The position numbers were made by a program, and so were the translations under genes. A DNA stretch of 64,000 bases from Candidatus Nitrospinota bacterium M3_3B_026. GTDB taxonomy: Bacteria > Nitrospinota_A > UBA7883 > JBPRGF01. Positions 1-7,279 of the stretch are shown here, in pieces. The stretch lies in contig JBPRGF010000033.1 in the NCBI GenBank assembly GCA_051418015.1, forward strand, positions 384,001 to 448,000, written 5' to 3'. The notes under the pieces are model-generated. The model was given only the letters and a program-made list of their open reading frames with translations. It was not told the origin of the DNA and made no database searches. Numbering within the stretch: the first letter of the stretch is position 1; the number at the start of each line of letters is the position of its first letter.

Positions 1-2
1 CC

Positions 3-347
3 GTGGCCCCCCCGCGGCCGATGACGCACGACCTGATAAAAAATCTCCTGACCGGGCTCGACACCAGCGTAAATTACATACTGGTCAACGACCTGAAGAA
101 CAACACTTTTTACGCGGTCATCTCGCTCACCAGAAACGGCCGGATCGTGGAGGTGGACTCGCGCCCCTCGGACGCCATCGCCGTCGCCCTTCGCGTGAAA
201 GCGCCGATATTCGTGATGCGCTCGGTGCTGGAGGGCGCCAAATCGCTCGACACGAACGTAAACGCCCAGGATGAGGCGGAGGACGAAGATCAGTTCAAGA
301 AGTGGCTGAATAACATCCGTCCCAGAGACTTCGGCAAACTGGATTAA
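3..347 (+). CDS. Bifunctional nuclease family (DUF151) protein, 5' truncated by the window edge
   Basis: PPRPMTHDL...TFYA...DSRPSDAIAVALR..APIFV motifs. Confidence 0.9.
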   Translation: MAPPRPMTHDLIKNLLTGLDTSVNYILVNDLKNNTFYAVISLTRNGRIVEVDSRPSDAIAVALRVKAPIFVMRSVLEGAKSLDTNVNAQDEAEDEDQFKKWLNNIRPRDFGKLD

Positions 348-485
348 AGGCCGGGTTTTTTTCAGCGCAAGGGGGCCCGGCCCAGGCTTCATGCTGACCG
401 GGTTGATATTTCGCGCCCGGTCGGGGGGCGGGGGCATTTTTTTTATTGCTGTTTTGTCAGGGGATTTTTCTGTGTAGAGGGTGAA

Positions 486-1064
486 ATGTTTATGAACGCA
501 AGGTCCATCGCCACGTATGCTTTGATCCTGATATTCGCCGCCGCGTGCGCCACAGGCGCCTCCGGGGAAAAGGCGGACAACGCGCAGCCCGCCGCGGAGA
601 AAAAAAAGACGGCGGAAAAGAAAAAGGAGGCCGACAGGGAAAAGGAGCTTCTGGCCTCGATAAAAAAGGCCGGGGAAGAGGGACGGCAGGACGAGGCCCT
701 GGCGCGGGACCTGACGGAGCTGGCCGGCATCTACCGGGCGGAGGGGAGAAGCTTCGACGCGGAGGCCTACTACCAGCGCGCCCTGTCGGTGGTGGAGACG
801 GCCACCGGGGCGGACAGCCTGAAGACCGCGGAGGCGGCCAGGGAGCTGGGGAGATTCTACAGGTTCACGGGAAAGCCGACCCTGGCGGAGCCTCTGTACA
901 GGCGCTCGCTCGATATACACGAGAAGATATACGGCCCCAAGAGCCCGGAGATCCTCCCGGCGCTCGAGGAGTATATCGAGATAGTCAGGGATCTCAACCT
1001 GCCCAATAAGGCCATGCGGCTTTCGGCGCGGGCGCGTATGATAAAGGCCCTGGCGGGCAAATAA
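486..1064 (+). CDS. Tetratricopeptide-repeat (TPR_12-like) exported protein/lipoprotein
   Basis: Hydrophobic N-terminus ending AAAC; repeats such as AEAYYQRALS and AEPLYRRSLDIHEK; GAGG RBS upstream. Confidence 0.8.
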   Translation: MFMNARSIATYALILIFAAACATGASGEKADNAQPAAEKKKTAEKKKEADREKELLASIKKAGEEGRQDEALARDLTELAGIYRAEGRSFDAEAYYQRALSVVETATGADSLKTAEAARELGRFYRFTGKPTLAEPLYRRSLDIHEKIYGPKSPEILPALEEYIEIVRDLNLPNKAMRLSARARMIKALAGK

Positions 1065-1093
1065 GCTCCCCGCCCCCGCCGGGAGCTTTTTTT
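1064..1093 (+). terminator. Probable intrinsic terminator after the TPR gene
   Basis: agctccc...gggagct stem followed by a T run. Confidence 0.6.
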
Positions 1094-1138
1094 GGGGCGC
1101 GTTTCGTCAGAGGACGGCGCCGTCCCGAAGCGCACGAT

Positions 1139-1216
1139 ATGTCATCCTGAGGCGCAAGCCGAAGGATCCCGTCGCCTCATCCGGCACGAGATGCTTCACT
1201 TCGTTCAGCATGACAT
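1139..1216. repeat. Palindromic miniature repeat (RPE/REP-like, TGTCATCCTGAG...CAGCATGACA family), copy 1
   Basis: atgtcatcctga / tcagcatgacat terminal inverted repeat with internal gaaggatccc / gagatgcttc pairing; intergenic between convergent genes. Confidence 0.85.
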
Positions 1217-1236
1217 TATCGCGAGAGCGAATAAAC

Positions 1237-2019
1237 TCAACGGCGAGCCCCGCCTCCACCGAAGGTTTTCTGGAAATCCTCTATCTCCTCCGCGGTGAAC
1301 TCATCCTCGTTCCACATCATGTCGTCGATCACGCTTTGCGGGTCCTCGTGAGCCGTCTCCACGAAATCGGCGAAGGCTGATGCGGCTGAGCGCAGGTCTT
1401 CTTGTATCCAGGCTTTCTGGACGGGGACATACTCCGTGACGGCGTCCAGGGGAAGCTGGCCGGGCTCGAAATACAGATCATAGTCAAGGTACACGGTCTC
1501 TCCATCCTCTTCTTTCTCCGGGCGGAGCCTGACCGCCACCGCGCCGATCCCGGAGACCTTCAGCCCCACGCCGACGGGAGCGCGGTAGAAATAGCTGAAG
1601 CGCAATAGGTATACGTCCCCCGCGCTCCACGCCTTCTTCACGTAATAGACGCCCCCCGACCGTCCCGTCACCCCCCATTCACCCCCTGTCCCGCTCTTTT
1701 CCACGGAGACGGGGCTCTGGCCGAAGACTTCCAGGATTCTGTGGGCCAGCCGCCAGCGCTCGAAAAAATAGGCCGCCGCCTCGGGGGAAGCTTTCATCCC
1801 GGCGTCCCGGACCATCGCCGGCGCGGCTTCCAGGAGTTTTTCAAGGGCCGGATCTTCGGGCAGAGACTTTTTGTCGATCGCGATTGGCGCCGGGGTTTTT
1901 CCCTCGTCCGCGGCAGAGGAGGGGAGGGGGGCGCCCTGCAGGAGGGCGAAAAATATGAACGCCAGGGCGGACCTTACCGGGTCGCCGCGCCGATGTCCAG
2001 GATGCCCGCTTCCCGGCAT
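1237..2019 (-). CDS. Hypothetical exported protein downstream of exbD (start uncertain)
   Basis: 260-aa ORF with signal-like stretch SALAFIFFALLQGAPLPSSA; co-oriented with and overlapping exbD. Confidence 0.65.
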   Translation of the reverse strand: MPGSGHPGHRRGDPVRSALAFIFFALLQGAPLPSSAADEGKTPAPIAIDKKSLPEDPALEKLLEAAPAMVRDAGMKASPEAAAYFFERWRLAHRILEVFGQSPVSVEKSGTGGEWGVTGRSGGVYYVKKAWSAGDVYLLRFSYFYRAPVGVGLKVSGIGAVAVRLRPEKEEDGETVYLDYDLYFEPGQLPLDAVTEYVPVQKAWIQEDLRSAASAFADFVETAHEDPQSVIDDMMWNEDEFTAEEIEDFQKTFGGGGARR

Positions 2020-2375
2020 ATTCCCATTACCTCCACCACGGCGCCGTAGTCGAGCCGCCTGTCCGCCCTGATGATGACGGAGCTTTTGGCCGCCGCCTTG
2101 CCCGTGTCCGCCTTCAGGATATCCGGCAGCGCCTCCAGAACGACCGCCTCGCCGTTCAGAAAGATATCGCCATCCTTCGTCATCTCGATCTCGTACACCC
2201 GCGTCTTTTCCGCCGCCGCGCCGGCCCTGGACTCGGGCAGTTCTATGTCCATCCTGCGGGTGAAGTCTATGAACGCCGTGGAGACCATGAAAAAGATGAG
2301 CAGAAGGAAAACAACGTCGATCAGGGGCGTCAGGGAGAGGGAATAGTCCTCCTCCTCCGGTTTCCTAAATCTCAT
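1974..2375 (-). CDS. exbD: Biopolymer transporter ExbD/TolR
   Basis: LTPLIDVVFLLLIFFMV TM motif; IIRADRRLDYGAVVEVM. Confidence 0.92.
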   Translation of the reverse strand: MRFRKPEEEDYSLSLTPLIDVVFLLLIFFMVSTAFIDFTRRMDIELPESRAGAAAEKTRVYEIEMTKDGDIFLNGEAVVLEALPDILKADTGKAAAKSSVIIRADRRLDYGAVVEVMGICREAGILDIGAATR

Positions 2376-3138
2376 GGCTCGACGAGACAGGCTCCCTTCC
2401 CGCCCGGGCGGCGCTCTCCACGGCGTGTTGTATGTCTTCGACGAAGCTCAGGCTGATGTCCTCCATCTCGCGGATCAGCCTGTCCGCCTTGCTCCGGAAA
2501 AAATGGTACGCCGCCAAAGAGGGTATTCCTACGATCAGACCCGTGGCGGTGGTTATCAGCGCCTCGGAGATGCCCGAGGCCACGAGCCCGGGGTTGCCGG
2601 TCCCGGACTCGGAGATGACGTTGAACGCCTTTATCATGCCGATAACCGTCCCCAGGAGCCCCAGCATAGGCGTCAGGTTGGCCAGCACCCCAAGGCCACG
2701 CAGCCGCGCCGTCAGCCGCGCCGCCTCCCGCGCTCCGGCGGCCTCTATGGCCCGCTCCACCTCCAGTATCCCGAACCAGCCACGGGCCAGCCCGGCCTGA
2801 ACGATCCGGGAGAGGGGAGAGTCATAAGCGGAGCATATCTTCAGCGCCCGCTTGAAATCGCCCTTCGAGGCCAGAAGCTTCACGTCGTCCAGAAAATCAC
2901 GGGCGATGACGGAGCCGGGGCGCAGGCTGAAGGCCCGCTCCATGGCGATCATCAGAGCAAGGATCGAGCAGAGCAGGATGGGCCACATCACCACCCCGCC
3001 TTTCCTGAACACCGCCACCAGCCAAAGCCGCGACGCAAAGCCGCCCTCGGACTGGACCATGTAGAAAAAGACAAGAAACAACGCCGCCGCCACGGCGAGG
3101 ATGGCCGTGGAGCTTCTGTCAAAACGCCTCTCTGTCAT
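2365..3138 (-). CDS. exbB: MotA/TolQ/ExbB proton channel family protein
   Basis: GGVVMWPI; PMLGLLGTVIGMIKAF; GISEALITTATGLIVGIP; ATG at 3138 preferred. Confidence 0.92.
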   Translation of the reverse strand: MTERRFDRSSTAILAVAAALFLVFFYMVQSEGGFASRLWLVAVFRKGGVVMWPILLCSILALMIAMERAFSLRPGSVIARDFLDDVKLLASKGDFKRALKICSAYDSPLSRIVQAGLARGWFGILEVERAIEAAGAREAARLTARLRGLGVLANLTPMLGLLGTVIGMIKAFNVISESGTGNPGLVASGISEALITTATGLIVGIPSLAAYHFFRSKADRLIREMEDISLSFVEDIQHAVESAARAGREPVSSSHEI

Positions 3139-3224
3139 ATCTTCAGAAGGATATAACAACGAAGGCGGAAGACTCAATAATTTAAATATAAAAGGGCTCC
3201 AGGATGGCGGCGTCTCCCTGGCAA

Positions 3225-3295
3225 TGTCGCGCTGAGCGCGGCAAAGCGTCTCGCTGCGGATGGAATAGCGAGATTCTTCGGCGAAGCTTGCCCTG
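3225..3295 (-). repeat. Degenerate, truncated inverted copy of the 3652-3751 palindromic element
   Basis: Aligns by eye to the reverse complement of 3652-3751 (tgtc..ctgag..gtctcgc..gcgagattcttcg..agcttgccctg). Confidence 0.7.
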
Positions 3296-3348
3296 GCCGC
3301 CGCCGCGCCCTGACTTGTCCCCCACCCGCCGGAAAAAAACAGCCCGGA

Positions 3349-3384
3349 TTCTCAAATCCGGGAATCCGTTATCAAAAATGAGAA
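3349..3384 (+). promoter_or_regulatory. Tandem putative enhancer (bEBP UAS) sites
   Basis: TTCTCA-aatc-CGGGAA (3349-3364) and TTATCA-aaaa-TGAGAA (3369-3384), 20 bp apart and ~110-140 bp upstream of a sigma54 promoter. Confidence 0.55.
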
Positions 3385-3451
3385 TAAAAAAACCGGGAAA
3401 ACAGCGGGGCAGAGCAGGGTCTGGAATCATTCCAACTTATTAATAATATTT

Positions 3452-3464
3452 ATTCAAGCGGTTA
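3452..3464 (+). promoter_or_regulatory. IHF-like binding site
   Basis: ATTCAAgcggTTA versus WATCAANNNNTTR (1 mismatch), AT-rich 5' flank, lying between the UAS sites and the sigma54 promoter. Confidence 0.5.
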
Positions 3465-3490
3465 CGAAACTGTAACGATATGACTAAAAC

Positions 3491-3506
3491 TGGCGCGGGG
3501 ATTGCA
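3491..3506 (+). promoter_or_regulatory. Sigma54 (-24/-12) promoter of the cytochrome locus
   Basis: TGGCGCG-ggga-TTGCA with exact GG/GC spacing. Confidence 0.8.
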
Positions 3507-3587
3507 TAGTTTGACTCGTATGGGGACATAACTTATCGCTTATGATAAATCGCGCCGGTTTAAATCGCGATGTCTGTTACGTCCTTC

Positions 3588-3623
3588 GCGTCGTCGCTTT
3601 GCCTGACCTGTCATGACAAGTGA
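3588..3623 (+). pseudogene. Orphan 3' end of a paralogous cytochrome gene (ASSLCLTCHDK*)
   Basis: Encodes the same 11 residues and stop as 4672-4707, with 2 synonymous differences; no gene body upstream. Confidence 0.85.
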
Positions 3624-3630
3624 GGGAGTG

Positions 3631-4707
3631 ATGTTGGGAAACAGCGGTCAATGTCATCCTGAGCCCCTTCGGCTTCGCTCAGGGCAGGCTCCAGCGAAGG
3701 ATCCCGCCGTTTCATACGTTGCGAGACTCTTCGCTGACACTCAGAGTGACAATAAAGCGCTATTTACTCCGGCGCGGCTGAAAAACCATCTGGCCGCCGC
3801 GTTGCTTGCGCTGGTAATCGTTGCCATGGGCGCGTCCACGGCCCTCGCCGACGGGTGGGCGGACGGCACGAAAGCGCCGAACGTGGACAGCATAGCCAAC
3901 ACCAGACACAACCTCGCTCTCCCTTATATCGCCGATGATTATTTGATGGACTCGTCGCGGAACGATTACGAGCAGGTCTGCGTCTATTGCCACACGCCCC
4001 ATGGCGCCAACTCCACGATCGACGCGCCGCTATGGAACCGGACAAACCCCGGGAACGCTTACACGCTCTACAACATCCCGTTGATGTCCGGCCAGGCGCC
4101 CACCCAGCCGGGGGTGAACTCGTTGACCTGCCTTTCCTGCCATGACGGGACAGTCGGCATAGATTCGATAATAAACATGCCAACGACGCAATACACCGGC
4201 TATCCAAATAACTATTTCGCCGCGCAGGAGACAAGCCAGAACGACGCTTTTCTAGACACGTGGACAAACGCCGGAGGGCAGGAGACAACAGGCCACCGCA
4301 AATTACAGGCGATAGGGCAGGGCGATATAATGGATTCATGTTTATTTTGCCACCAAGAAAGCGTCATTGTCCCGTACTTGCGATACGAAGCTTTCGCGCT
4401 CACCACCGATTTATCCGACGACCACCCTGTCGGCGTGAACCTGCCCGATCCCAACACATACGACTTCAAGGCCCCGACGGCGACGGACGGATCGCTGAAG
4501 TTCTTCGACGGCGACGGCGACGGGCGGGCGGACAACGACGAGGTTCGGTTCTACGACACCGGCGAGGGCTACGAGGTGGAGTGCGCCTCGTGCCATGATC
4601 CGCACGGGGTGGAGTCCGCCGGGCCGGGCAGCGAGTTCATCCCGTCGTTTCTGCGGGTGAATAACAACAACGCGTCGTCGCTGTGCCTGACGTGTCATGA
4701 CAAGTGA
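3631..4707 (+). CDS. Exported pentaheme cytochrome c, OmcE-like (doubled CXXCH family)
   Basis: CVYCH, CLSCH, CLFCH, CASCH, CLTCH; signal peptide ...AMGASTALA; motifs NTRHNL, CHTPH, PLWNR, DLSDDHPV, ECASCHDPH, FLR..N..SLCLTCHDK; GAGGGA RBS before ATG 3631. Confidence 0.9.
   Translation: MLGNSGQCHPEPLRLRSGQAPAKDPAVSYVARLFADTQSDNKALFTPARLKNHLAAALLALVIVAMGASTALADGWADGTKAPNVDSIANTRHNLALPYIADDYLMDSSRNDYEQVCVYCHTPHGANSTIDAPLWNRTNPGNAYTLYNIPLMSGQAPTQPGVNSLTCLSCHDGTVGIDSIINMPTTQYTGYPNNYFAAQETSQNDAFLDTWTNAGGQETTGHRKLQAIGQGDIMDSCLFCHQESVIVPYLRYEAFALTTDLSDDHPVGVNLPDPNTYDFKAPTATDGSLKFFDGDGDGRADNDEVRFYDTGEGYEVECASCHDPHGVESAGPGSEFIPSFLRVNNNNASSLCLTCHDK
3652..3751. repeat. Palindromic miniature repeat, copy in frame within the cytochrome N-terminus
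   Basis: tgtcatcctgag ... ctcagagtgaca terminal IR with nested cccttcggcttcgctcagggcagg hairpin. Confidence 0.85.
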
Positions 4708-4717
4708 GGGCGCGGTG

Positions 4718-4760
4718 ATGAACAATGCCGGCTTCACACGCTGTCATCCTGAGCCCCTTC
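4718..4760 (+). pseudogene. Orphan 5' start of a following paralogue (MNNAGFTRCHPEPL), truncated inside the repeat
   Basis: Same layout as 3631-3670: TGAGGG-x-GTGATG then tgtcatcctgagccccttc; similarity stops at 4760. Confidence 0.7.
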
Positions 4761-4921
4761 AGAATTTATTTCAGCTCCGCACGCAAGTTGACATAACATA
4801 TCTTATCGGAAGCCGGCGGCGGGCCGGGGGCCTTGGCGCGGGCGCGGACTCGGGGCCGCTCCAGCCTTTCGCCCGCGGATTCCGGCCCGGTCCTGAGCCT
4901 TCAATAAACCGCTGATTTGTA

Positions 4922-4950
4922 TTGACAAAACCGCCTGAAAAAAATATCGT
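4922..4950 (+). promoter_or_regulatory. Sigma70-type promoter
   Basis: TTGACA-17 nt-TATCGT upstream of 4987. Confidence 0.55.
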
Positions 4951-4986
4951 ATTCATCATTCATCAAAAACACCGGCGCGTATCGAA

Positions 4987-5316
4987 ATGCTTGTCGCGAA
5001 ACTCAAAAGTTTCATAAACACCTTCACGTTCGAAGACCTGATGTACTGGATCGAGAACGTCAGCCCGCTGGACCTTCTGACGAGCCCGTGGGTGATCGTC
5101 CCGGTGGTTCTCATCATCGGCCTGATAGCCTATCCCCATACGTCCTATTTCGGGCAGCAGCTCGTCCTTTATCTTCCAGCCGCGATTTATCTTTTCATCA
5201 CCTTCGTCATCCTGAAGAACGGCAGCATCTCCGACCTGGGCCCCTTCATCATGGCCATGATCGCCTTCTTCATTATCGTGGGATGGCTAATCTGGACCCG
5301 TCTTTTGAAGGACTGA
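4987..5316 (+). CDS. Hypothetical membrane protein (3 TM segments)
   Basis: 109 aa with three hydrophobic stretches; first gene before rfbB. Confidence 0.75.
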   Translation: MLVAKLKSFINTFTFEDLMYWIENVSPLDLLTSPWVIVPVVLIIGLIAYPHTSYFGQQLVLYLPAAIYLFITFVILKNGSISDLGPFIMAMIAFFIIVGWLIWTRLLKD

Positions 5317-5323
5317 CCATCTC

Positions 5324-6337
5324 TTGAGAATTCTCGCCACCGGCGCCGCCGGGTTCATCGGCTCCAACTGGGTCATAGCGCGGCTTGAAAACCATCCCGA
5401 GGACGCCATAGTGAGCCTCGACAAGCTCACCTACGCCGGGAACATAAAAAACCTCGCCGGCGTCATGGACGATCCACGGCACGAGTTCGTCCATGGCGAT
5501 ATCGGCGACGGCGAGTTGCTTGCGCGTCTGTTCCGTGACGCGCCTTTCGACGTTGTCATAAACTTCGCCGCCGAGTCGCACGTCGACAGGTCCATCCACA
5601 GCCCGGCGGATTTTCTGACCACGAACGTCTGGGGGACCTTCAGCCTTCTGGAGGCGGCGCGCGAGTTCGGCGTTGAAAGATTCATACAGATATCCACCGA
5701 CGAGGTTTACGGCTCGCTCGGCATGGACGATCCCCCCTTCACGGAGCGGACGCCCCTGCGGCCGACCAGCCCCTACTCCGCCTCCAAGGCCGCCGCGGAC
5801 CATCTCGCCCTCTCATACCACGGGACATACGGTCTGCCCGTCATCGTCACGAGGTGTTCCAACAACTACGGCCCGCGCCAGTTCCCGGAGAAGATGATCC
5901 CCCTTTTCATAAACAACCTGTCGAAGGACGAGCCCGTCCCCATCTACGGCAAGGGGGAGAACGTGCGGGACTGGATACACGTCGCCGACCATTCCCGCGC
6001 CGTCGACGCGGCGCTTTCGATCGGGGCGCCAGGCCAGGTCTACAACATCGGCGGGGACTGCGAGAAGAAGAACATAGAGGTCGTCGAGCTTCTCCTCGAC
6101 ATCATGGGCAGGCCGCAAAGCCTCAAAAAATTCGTGAAAGACAGGCCCGGCCACGACCTGCGGTACGCCATGGACTACTCAAAGGCGCGGACAGAGCTCG
6201 GGTGGGAGCCGGTCGTCGATTTCGAGCAGGGGCTGCGGGAGACGGTGAAATGGTACATGGAGAACCAGGGCTGGCTCCAGGAGGTCACAAGCGGCGCCTA
6301 CCTCGACTATTACGAGAAGATGTACAAGAACAGATGA
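5324..6337 (+). CDS. rfbB: dTDP-glucose 4,6-dehydratase
   Basis: TGAAGFIGS, DKLTYAGN, AAESHVDRSI, STDEVYG, YSASKA, DRPGHDLRY. Confidence 0.97.
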   Translation: MRILATGAAGFIGSNWVIARLENHPEDAIVSLDKLTYAGNIKNLAGVMDDPRHEFVHGDIGDGELLARLFRDAPFDVVINFAAESHVDRSIHSPADFLTTNVWGTFSLLEAAREFGVERFIQISTDEVYGSLGMDDPPFTERTPLRPTSPYSASKAAADHLALSYHGTYGLPVIVTRCSNNYGPRQFPEKMIPLFINNLSKDEPVPIYGKGENVRDWIHVADHSRAVDAALSIGAPGQVYNIGGDCEKKNIEVVELLLDIMGRPQSLKKFVKDRPGHDLRYAMDYSKARTELGWEPVVDFEQGLRETVKWYMENQGWLQEVTSGAYLDYYEKMYKNR

Positions 6338-7200
6338 GGATAGCCGTCACCGGCTCGAACGGTCTGCTGGGAGGCGCCTTCAAGAGGAAAATCCCCGGCG
6401 CCGAGCCCGCCGCGCGGGTTTTCTGGCTCACCCGCGACGATCTCGACATAACCGGCAGGGACGCCTGCCTCCGCGTTATCGGCGGGCTGAAACCCGATGT
6501 CCTGATAAACTCCGCCGCCTACTCCGCCGTGGACAGGGCCGAGGCCGAGCCGGAGGCGGCCTACGCCGTGAACTCAGACGGCGCGGCGAACCTTGCCGAG
6601 GCGGCGGCCATGGCGGGCGCGAAGTTTGTCCATTTATCCACCGACTATGTCTTCGACGGCGAAAAGGGCGCGCCGTACATGGAGGACGACCCCCCCTCCC
6701 CTATCTGCGTCTATGGCGCGTCCAAAGCCGAGGGAGAAAAAAAGGCCCTCGGGAAAAATCCGGAGTCGCTCATCGTCCGCTCGGCCTGGCTGTACGGCCA
6801 CGACGGGCCGAACTTCGTCCTCGCCATGCTGAAAAAAGGACGCGAGTTGGGAGCGCTGAACGTCGTCCGCGACCAGACAGGATCTCCAACTTACGCCGAT
6901 GATCTGGCCGGGGCCGTCCTGACCCTCATCCGGCATGACGCGAAGGGAATCGTCCATGCGGCCAACTCCGGCTGGCTATCCTGGTACGAGCTTGCCGTGG
7001 AGGCTTTAAGAATCGAGGGCATGGACGATGTGAAAATCACGCCCGTGACCTCCGATGAATACAAAACCCCAGCCCGCCGCCCGAGGGACTCGCGCCTTGA
7101 CACGTCGCTTTACGAAAAGATCACAGGCTCGTCCCTGAGAAGCTGGAAGGACGCCCTGGCGGAGTTTTTGAAGGAGCGCAGAGCCTTTCGCGCAGGCTGA
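6334..7200 (+). CDS. rfbD: dTDP-4-dehydrorhamnose reductase
   Basis: ATGA overlap with rfbB; STDYVFDG, YGASKAEGE, DQTGSPT, ARRP..SRL. Confidence 0.95.
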   Translation: MRIAVTGSNGLLGGAFKRKIPGAEPAARVFWLTRDDLDITGRDACLRVIGGLKPDVLINSAAYSAVDRAEAEPEAAYAVNSDGAANLAEAAAMAGAKFVHLSTDYVFDGEKGAPYMEDDPPSPICVYGASKAEGEKKALGKNPESLIVRSAWLYGHDGPNFVLAMLKKGRELGALNVVRDQTGSPTYADDLAGAVLTLIRHDAKGIVHAANSGWLSWYELAVEALRIEGMDDVKITPVTSDEYKTPARRPRDSRLDTSLYEKITGSSLRSWKDALAEFLKERRAFRAG

Positions 7201-7279
7201 CGATCTCTCCTCCCCCGCGGAAGTTTTTCAGGAGAAAAACCCCGCGCTCCGCGTGGCATTGCGGAAGCTTTTCCAGTGT

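Noticed and set aside
3587..4760. Diversity-generating retroelement or integron explanation for the cytochrome repeats
   Set aside because: No reverse transcriptase or integron integrase in the window; the repeat differences are not adenine-specific; no attC-like GTTRRRY structure recognised
4697..4915. 72-aa ORF after the cytochrome as a real gene
   Set aside because: Only its first codons are a paralogue stub; the rest runs through unrelated GC-rich intergenic sequence
5854..6333. N-terminal extensions of ORF-track calls (rfbD 5854, flhG 34761, hisC 49243, SSS 27213, SDR 50555, gpmI 13798, fliO 41974)
   Set aside because: They overlap upstream genes or promoters; internal ATGs with RBS or ATGA coupling match the family N-termini
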